From positions 2,280,001-2,312,000 of the forward strand of contig NC_010655.1 of NCBI RefSeq assembly GCF_000020225.1: DNA of 32,000 bases. Reading direction: 5' to 3'. The DNA is from Akkermansia muciniphila ATCC BAA-835. Its GTDB lineage: Bacteria; Verrucomicrobiota; Verrucomicrobiia; Verrucomicrobiales; Akkermansiaceae. Below are positions 26,618 to 32,000 of this stretch, one piece after another. Position 1 is the first letter of the stretch. The number at the start of each line of letters is the position of its first letter. The notes beneath the pieces were generated by a model. That model had not been told where the DNA came from. It did not search any database and saw nothing but the letters and a program-made list of their open reading frames with translations. The position numbers and the translations under genes were made by a program.

Positions 26618-27157
26618 CTACTCTCGTTTGATTATCAAAGTATTCGGATGCTGTGGAAAGGTGAAGCACCAGCCGAAAAGGCGCGCAAAACGATAGTATA
26701 ATCCCTTGCGGCAGGAATTCTGGCTGGTCATGATATCGTAAAAAGCCAGGTCAATCTGGCTTCTGGAAATGGGGGCTCCATTCATTTTGGCGTGCAGCAT
26801 GGCGTCGTGAAACAGGGAAGGGAGGAGCATATCCGGAGGGGTGGACCCCCAGGTGACGCCGTCCCAGCCATAGCCGGGAGTAATGCTGAAACGACCGCCC
26901 TCTGCCTGCATGCGTATGGATGGGTCATACACGCTGACGGCTGTCCAGCGGCCAAAATCCGCCCTTTTTCTTCCGCTGGTCCAGCTGATGGCGTTTTTAG
27001 TGATGTAGAAAGGCTTGTCTTCATAGAGGGTTCCTTCATACCAGCCGGCCACGGGTTCCGGGGCCGCAGCCGGAGTGGAGCAGGATTCCAGAAACATGGT
27101 TGCACATATTGTTGTGAACAATATGTAAATATAATGTGAATAAGAAATAAAGGGCAT
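26618..27157 (-). CDS. DUF1353-domain protein with an N-terminal signal and a possible lipoprotein Cys.
   Basis: The strings TPGYGWDGVTWGSTPP, PSLFHDAMLH and SRSQIDLAFYDIM match the DUF1353 pattern (xTDGxSxP ... HDxxY ... aDxxF). N-terminal hydrophobic segment ends in LESC. Confidence 0.7.
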   Translation of the reverse strand: MPFISYSHYIYILFTTICATMFLESCSTPAAAPEPVAGWYEGTLYEDKPFYITKNAISWTSGRKRADFGRWTAVSVYDPSIRMQAEGGRFSITPGYGWDGVTWGSTPPDMLLPSLFHDAMLHAKMNGAPISRSQIDLAFYDIMTSQNSCRKGLYYRFARLFGWCFTFPQHPNTLIIKRE

Positions 27158-27190
27158 GAGGGGACGGCGCGTTATCCGGATAGTTGTTTC

Positions 27191-28048
27191 TTATTGGATT
27201 TCCAGCACGATGATTTCCGGAGGGCAGCAGAAGCGCAGGGGAAGAACGCTGCATCCCAAACCGCGGGTAATGAGGAAGGGGGTTCCGTTCAGCTGGGACC
27301 AGGGATAGGAAAATTTGACCTTCTCTCGTGAGATGTTTGCCAGGGCCCTGCCTCCGGGAAGGCATATCTGGCCTCCGTGGGTATGCGCGCTGATGACGAG
27401 GTCCGCCGTGCCGGGAGCCAGCAGAGGAAAAATGTCGGGTACATGTGAAAGAAGGATATGCGGAATATCCGGGGAAAAACGCAGAGGCAATTCCTCCGGC
27501 CTGATTCTCAGGTGGTAGTCGTCCCTGACGGAAGAGAGCTGCAGCTCACGGCCTCCGGGAAGGTGCAGCAGCAGGGAATCATTCCACATGGGCAGGATGC
27601 CCAGCCCGGAAAACATGTTGCGCCATAAGTTCCAGCCGTAATACTGGTCATGGTTGCCCTGCACGGCAAAAATGCCGAGAGGGGCTTTCAACATCTTGAA
27701 ATATTCCCGGGCCGTTTCCGGGGCCATGCTGCTCTCCCTCGTGTGGCCGTTGGCATAATCCCCCAGCAGGAAAATCATATCCGGCCGAGCTTCCATGATT
27801 GTTTCCATGTACCTGTGCGCCAGATCGCCCCCGTTCGGACGCAGATGGAAATCCCCGGCAATCGCGATACGGAGGGGAGGGCTTTCTTTTCTCTTCCACT
27901 GAGGCATCTCCATCGCAGCCGTGACGGTTTCCACACGCCTGGGTTCCACCTGCCATGCCCACATGAATAAGGAGAAGCCGATCATCAATATTGGGACAAA
28001 GATAATTGCCAATTTGTTGAGAAAGGGGCGGCGTGGTCGTGACTTCAT
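27191..28048 (-). CDS. Membrane-anchored metallophosphoesterase (calcineurin-like, YaeI-like).
   Basis: Motifs IAGDFHL, LLGDYANG, QGNHD and SAHTHGGQI. N-terminal TM helix. Confidence 0.88.
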   Translation of the reverse strand: MKSRPRRPFLNKLAIIFVPILMIGFSLFMWAWQVEPRRVETVTAAMEMPQWKRKESPPLRIAIAGDFHLRPNGGDLAHRYMETIMEARPDMIFLLGDYANGHTRESSMAPETAREYFKMLKAPLGIFAVQGNHDQYYGWNLWRNMFSGLGILPMWNDSLLLHLPGGRELQLSSVRDDYHLRIRPEELPLRFSPDIPHILLSHVPDIFPLLAPGTADLVISAHTHGGQICLPGGRALANISREKVKFSYPWSQLNGTPFLITRGLGCSVLPLRFCCPPEIIVLEIQ

Positions 28049-28107
28049 GCAGGGCAGGGCTCCTGACTGATTATGAGGCCTTTTAACCGATTTTCAATCA
28101 TTCGTGT

Positions 28108-28135
28108 TTGCTAATCGGGAATTTGCTGGTATGAT
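28108..28135 (+). promoter_or_regulatory. Sigma70-like promoter candidate for the IscU-like / GGGTGRT cassette.
   Basis: TTGCTA (28108-28113), 16-nt spacer, TATGAT (28130-28135). This would give a 5' UTR of about 60 nt before the ATG at 28203. Confidence 0.4.
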
Positions 28136-28202
28136 CCGTCCCGCTCAAGGTAGCGGCTGTCCGATGACTGCAGCTCTATCTTCATATTAACATCCTAATA
28201 CC

Positions 28203-28895
28203 ATGCAGTTTACACACGAAATCGAACAAATGTGTTGCGTCAAGAAAGGCTGCAACCATGGTCCGGCACCTATCCCGCAGGAAGGCAACTGGACGCAATC
28301 CAGGGAAATCACGGATATTTCCGGCCTGACCCACGGCGTGGGCTGGTGCGCTCCCCAGCAGGGCACCTGCAAACTGACGCTGAATGTCAAAAACGGCATC
28401 ATTGAAGAAGCACTCGTGGAAACCAGCGGCTGCTCCGGCATGACCCATTCCGCCGCCATGGCTGCGGAAATCCTGCCCGGCAAGACCATACTGGAAGCAA
28501 TGAACACGGACCTCGTGTGCGACGCCATCAACACCGCCATGCGCGAACTGTTCCTGCAGATCGTGTACGGCCGCACCCAGAGCGCCTTCTCTGAAGGAGG
28601 CCTTCCCATCGGCGCCGGTCTTGAAGACCTCGGCAAGGGGCTTCGCTCCCAGATCGGCACCCTGTACGGCACCCGCGCCAAGGGCCCCCGCTATTTGGAA
28701 ATGGCTGAAGGCTACATTACCAAGCTTGCCCTGGATGAAGACGGTGAAATCATCGGCTACGAGTTTGTGCGCATGGGGCCGATGATGGAAATGATCAAGA
28801 AGGGCGTGGACGCCAACGAAGCCGTCGCCAAATGCACGGGCAACTACGGTCGTTTCGACGAGGCCGCCAAGTACATCGATCCTCGTCACGAATGA
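28203..28895 (+). CDS. IscU/NifU-N-like Fe-S scaffold-domain protein with an extra N-terminal Cys/His cluster and a C-terminal extension of about 100 aa.
   Basis: GVGWCAPQQGTCKLTLNVKNGIIEEALVETSGCSGMTHSAAMAAEILPGKTILEAMN...LVCDAINTAM parallels the three-Cys IscU core. N-terminal MCCVKKGCNHG. 230 aa. Confidence 0.8.
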   Translation: MQFTHEIEQMCCVKKGCNHGPAPIPQEGNWTQSREITDISGLTHGVGWCAPQQGTCKLTLNVKNGIIEEALVETSGCSGMTHSAAMAAEILPGKTILEAMNTDLVCDAINTAMRELFLQIVYGRTQSAFSEGGLPIGAGLEDLGKGLRSQIGTLYGTRAKGPRYLEMAEGYITKLALDEDGEIIGYEFVRMGPMMEMIKKGVDANEAVAKCTGNYGRFDEAAKYIDPRHE

Positions 28896-28940
28896 GATTG
28901 AATTAAAAAGAGTATCTTAACTTCAAGCACTATTACCATT

Positions 28941-29948
28941 ATGCCTCTTTTCGAATCCTACGACCGCCGCATCAAGCAGATCAATGAAGCCCTGGCCAAA
29001 TACGGCATCGGCTCCATTGAAGAAGCGGAACAACTCTGCCTTTCCAAGGGAATCAACCCCCGTGAAATTGTGAACGGTATTCAGCCCATCGCGTTTGAAA
29101 ACGCCGGCTGGGCCTATGTGGTGGGAGCCGCCATTGCCATCAAGAAGGGCTGCACGAAGGCCGCTGACGCCGCTGAAGCCATCGGAGAAGGCCTTCAGTC
29201 CTTCTGCATTCCCGGCTCCGTTGCGGATGAACGCAAGGTGGGCCTGGGCCACGGCAACCTGGCCGCCATGCTCCTGCGCGATGAAACGGAATGCTTCTGC
29301 TTCCTGGCCGGTCACGAATCCTTTGCCGCCGCTGAAGGCGCCATCGGTATTGCCAAGTCCGCCAACCGCGTCCGCAAACAGGATCTCCGCGTTTGCCTGA
29401 ACGGCCTCGGCAAGGATGCCGCGTACATCATCTCCCGCATCAACGGGTTCACGTACGTGCAAACCAAGTTTGACTATGCCACGGGCAAGCTGAACATCAT
29501 CCAGGAGAAAGCTTTCTCCAAGGGTCCCAAAGCCGCCGTGCGCGTGTACGGCTGCGATGACGTGCGCGAAGGCGTGGCTGTCATGTGGAATGAAGGCGTG
29601 GATGTTTCCATTACCGGGAACTCCACCAACCCCACCCGCTTCCAGCACCCGGTAGCCGGCACCTATAAAAAGGAATGCAATGAGAAGGGCAAGAAGTACT
29701 TCTCCGTGGCTTCCGGCGGCGGCACGGGCCGTACCCTGCACCCGGACAACATGGCGGCCGGTCCCGCTTCCTACGGCATGACTGATACCATGGGCCGCAT
29801 GCACTCCGACGCCCAGTTCGCCGGTTCTTCCTCCGTGCCCGCCCATGTGGAAATGATGGGCCTCATCGGCATGGGCAACAACCCGATGGTCGGCGCTTCC
29901 GTAGCGGTGGCCGTGGCTGTTGAAGAAGCCGCCAAGCAGAACGCCTGA
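28941..29948 (+). CDS. GGGtGRT-motif protein, a conserved family of unknown function.
   Basis: 335-aa ORF with SVASGGGTGRTLHPDN (GGGTGRT encoded at 29715-29735). Conserved-looking Cys/His sites: GLGHGN, ECFCFLAGHESF, YGCDD. Confidence 0.8.
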   Translation: MPLFESYDRRIKQINEALAKYGIGSIEEAEQLCLSKGINPREIVNGIQPIAFENAGWAYVVGAAIAIKKGCTKAADAAEAIGEGLQSFCIPGSVADERKVGLGHGNLAAMLLRDETECFCFLAGHESFAAAEGAIGIAKSANRVRKQDLRVCLNGLGKDAAYIISRINGFTYVQTKFDYATGKLNIIQEKAFSKGPKAAVRVYGCDDVREGVAVMWNEGVDVSITGNSTNPTRFQHPVAGTYKKECNEKGKKYFSVASGGGTGRTLHPDNMAAGPASYGMTDTMGRMHSDAQFAGSSSVPAHVEMMGLIGMGNNPMVGASVAVAVAVEEAAKQNA

Positions 29949-29972
29949 GCGAGCAGCTGAGCAAAAAATCGC

Positions 29973-30008
29973 AGAGCCGCTTTCCCGATTTGGGAAAGCG
30001 GCTCTTTT
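29973..30008. terminator. Strong bidirectional terminator between the GGGTGRT gene and the convergent secreted-protein gene.
   Basis: Perfect 14-bp stem AGAGCCGCTTTCCC (29973-29986) / GGGAAAGCGGCTCT (29992-30005), followed by TTT. An A6 run at 29963-29968 provides the U-tract for the minus strand. Confidence 0.75.
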
Positions 30009-30075
30009 AGCAATTGAAAGAAAAAAAGGGGATGTCCCCCATTTCCGGCCCCCTTTTCCTGCCCTTGTATCCGCA

Positions 30076-30666
30076 TCAGCTTCCGATACGGAATCTTCCA
30101 TCCCGGTCCGCCCGGGGAGGAAGCCCGCGCGAAGGAACGGATTTTCTGGAAACGGATTCCTGCCTGGCAGAGGCCGGCTTGACGGAGCGGATTTTCGGGC
30201 GGGAGGCAGAAGCGGGAGCAACCGTTTTTCCCGGTTGCGTGCCGTGGGAGGAAGGAAGAACAGGAACGGTTCCCACAACCGTTTTTTGCCGTTCATGGGC
30301 CTTATAGGCGCGTTGCAGGGTAAAATCCCGCTGTTCTCCCGGTCTCAGGGAATAATCCGCCTTTTTGGGAGCTCCGGCTTTTTGCGCCAGAGGTTCCACG
30401 CGCCGCTGCAGCTGAGCGGCGGTATCCAGTTTGCCGGCCACCCATTCCGGGTTCCATTCCGGCTCGGATGTTTTCAGGGACTGAAGCAACTGCTCCGCTT
30501 TCTTGCCGCTTTCCAGGGCTGCCTTATAATCCCCCTCCTTCTCCTGCCGTGCCGCGCGCGTCAGGGAAAGGTTGGCTTCGTAAAAAGTGTCTCCGGGATT
30601 GCCAAGGGCCGTTGTAGCCGCCAGGAACATGCAGAGCAGGGAACAGGGTAGAAACTTCCTTTTCAT
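30076..30666 (-). CDS. Secreted hypothetical protein with a helical N-terminal part and a basic low-complexity C-terminus.
   Basis: Signal peptide MKRKFLPCSLLCMFLAATTALG (ATG 30664-30666). 196 aa. The overlapping plus-strand ORF is Arg/Gly junk. Confidence 0.55.
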   Translation of the reverse strand: MKRKFLPCSLLCMFLAATTALGNPGDTFYEANLSLTRAARQEKEGDYKAALESGKKAEQLLQSLKTSEPEWNPEWVAGKLDTAAQLQRRVEPLAQKAGAPKKADYSLRPGEQRDFTLQRAYKAHERQKTVVGTVPVLPSSHGTQPGKTVAPASASRPKIRSVKPASARQESVSRKSVPSRGLPPRADRDGRFRIGS

Positions 30667-30839
30667 GATTGTTGGCACGATAACATGATTCCTCGTTTTG
30701 GAAAGGCCTTTCTTCCGGCATGTTTTGCGCAGGGCCGGACTCCGTTTCCCTTGCGGATAAAGGAAAGGTTCTCCATTCCGCACCCCGGAGCAACTTGACG
30801 GAAAGTCCGGAGTGCCGTATGCTGGACGGGACCTGCTAT

Positions 30840-31973
30840 ATGACCCGGAACGAGCCATCATCCCTTCCAGCTCCGCAGATGGAGGAAGATCCCAGATTCC
30901 TGACGGAACAAATTGTAACCTATTTGGGCAATAAGCGTTCCCTTCTTCATTTTCTGGGGACGGGGCTGGAACAGGTGAAAAAACGCCTGGGTAAGGAAAG
31001 GCTGAAAGCAGGGGATCTTTTTTCCGGCAGCGGCATTGTGGCGCGTTTTCTGAAACAGCATTCGGAAGACTTGATCGTCAATGATCTGGAGGAATACAGC
31101 CGGGTCGTCAATACCTGTTACCTGAGCAACGCGGAGGAAGTGGAAAATCTGGAGCTGGACAGACATTACAGACGCCTGCTGCGGTATATGGAAACGCATG
31201 AATCCCCTGGCTTCATCACGGAACTGTACGCTCCCAGAAATCCGGACTGCATCACGGCGGATGACCGCGTTTTCTATACGCGCCGCAACGCCGTGTACCT
31301 GGATACGGCGAGGCAGACCATCAATTTGCTTCCGGCAGAAGTCAGGCCCTATTTTATCGCTCCTCTTCTGGCGGAAGCTTCCGTCCACACAAACACATCC
31401 GGCGTATTCAAAGGTTTTTACAAAGACAGGAACGGAATCGGCAAATTCGGGGGAACGGGAGGCAACGCCCTTTCCCGCATTCTGGGAGAAATTTCGCTGC
31501 CGTTTCCCGTGTTTTCCCGGTTTGACTGCCGGTATTCCATCCATTGCCGTGACGCCAATGAACTGGCTGCCGAGCTGCCGGAAATGGATGTGGTGTACCT
31601 GGACCCTCCCTATAACCAGCATCCGTACGGTTCCAATTATTTCATGCTGAATTTGCTGTCTTCTTATGAAAAGCCGGAGGAAACCAGCCGAGTTTCCGGC
31701 ATTCCCGCAGATTGGAAACGTTCCACGTACAATAGCCGCCAGCATGCTCCGGAGGCCCTGTTCCGGCTGCTGGAGGATTGCCCGGCCAAATTTATTCTGC
31801 TTTCCTACAGCTCGGAGGGGTTCATCAACTATGAGGAGATGACCGGTTTCCTTGGACGCCTGGGCCATACCGTTACGCTGGAAACGCCGTACGCCGCGTT
31901 CCGGGGCAGCCGGAATTTCAGAAACCGTCCTCAGAACGTGACGGAATTCCTGTTCCTGGTGGAACGGTTTTAA
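30840..31973 (+). CDS. N6-adenine DNA methyltransferase, D12/Dam-like class (alpha motif order).
   Basis: Motifs YLGNKRSLL, AdoMet-binding DLFSGSGIVARFL and catalytic VVYLDPPYNQHPY, plus ILLSYSSEGF. The start is uncertain: ATG at 30840, or in-frame ATGs at 30819 and 30879. Confidence 0.8.
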   Translation: MTRNEPSSLPAPQMEEDPRFLTEQIVTYLGNKRSLLHFLGTGLEQVKKRLGKERLKAGDLFSGSGIVARFLKQHSEDLIVNDLEEYSRVVNTCYLSNAEEVENLELDRHYRRLLRYMETHESPGFITELYAPRNPDCITADDRVFYTRRNAVYLDTARQTINLLPAEVRPYFIAPLLAEASVHTNTSGVFKGFYKDRNGIGKFGGTGGNALSRILGEISLPFPVFSRFDCRYSIHCRDANELAAELPEMDVVYLDPPYNQHPYGSNYFMLNLLSSYEKPEETSRVSGIPADWKRSTYNSRQHAPEALFRLLEDCPAKFILLSYSSEGFINYEEMTGFLGRLGHTVTLETPYAAFRGSRNFRNRPQNVTEFLFLVERF

Positions 31974-32000
31974 CAGATGACAGGAAAAGCAGCCTCCATG

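Noticed and set aside
29715-29735. The GGGTGRT motif resembles the tubulin/FtsZ signature GGGTG[ST]G.
   Set aside because: The motif sits near residue 260 of a 335-aa protein. None of the other FtsZ/tubulin blocks are visible around it. I treat it as a motif-level coincidence or a generic glycine-rich phosphate-binding loop, not as evidence of homology.

Overview
The window is a gene-dense, roughly 55-58% GC bacterial chromosomal segment. Gene content and protein sequences look Verrucomicrobia/Akkermansia-like, but that is my impression and is not verified. Most of it is core housekeeping. I call icd, tmk, queF-queC, an MscK-like channel, gltX, tatC, uppP, aroA, RNase P RNA (rnpB), murA, an HU protein, aroC, a flavodoxin and a beta-CASP metallo-hydrolase. 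I found no tRNA, rRNA, CRISPR array, IS element or integrase. Five things seem worth a second look. (1) At 28.1-30.0 kb there is an insulated two-gene cassette: an IscU/NifU-like Cys-rich protein plus a protein carrying the motif GGGTGRT. As far as I know this family is named only for the motif and has no assigned function. (2) At the left edge, an ActF/NrfD-like membrane gene overlaps by ATGA a 775-aa protein laid out like a fused cbb3 oxidase (N-O-P order). Its 12-TM module lacks the canonical histidine ligand pattern. (3) At 3.1-3.95 kb there is a decay scar: a multiply frameshifted adhesin or tail-fibre-like repeat gene abuts a 3'-truncated VOC/glyoxalase gene. (4) TatC carries an insertion of about 100 aa in its first periplasmic loop. 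(5) A Dam-like N6-adenine methyltransferase sits at the right edge, and a new ORF starts 4 nt after it and is cut off by the window. Smaller notes cover a Tyr/Gly-rich plus Arg-Pro-rich lipoprotein, a probable leaderless aroC mRNA and a class II EPSP synthase motif set. All family assignments come from reading motifs by eye. No searches were run.
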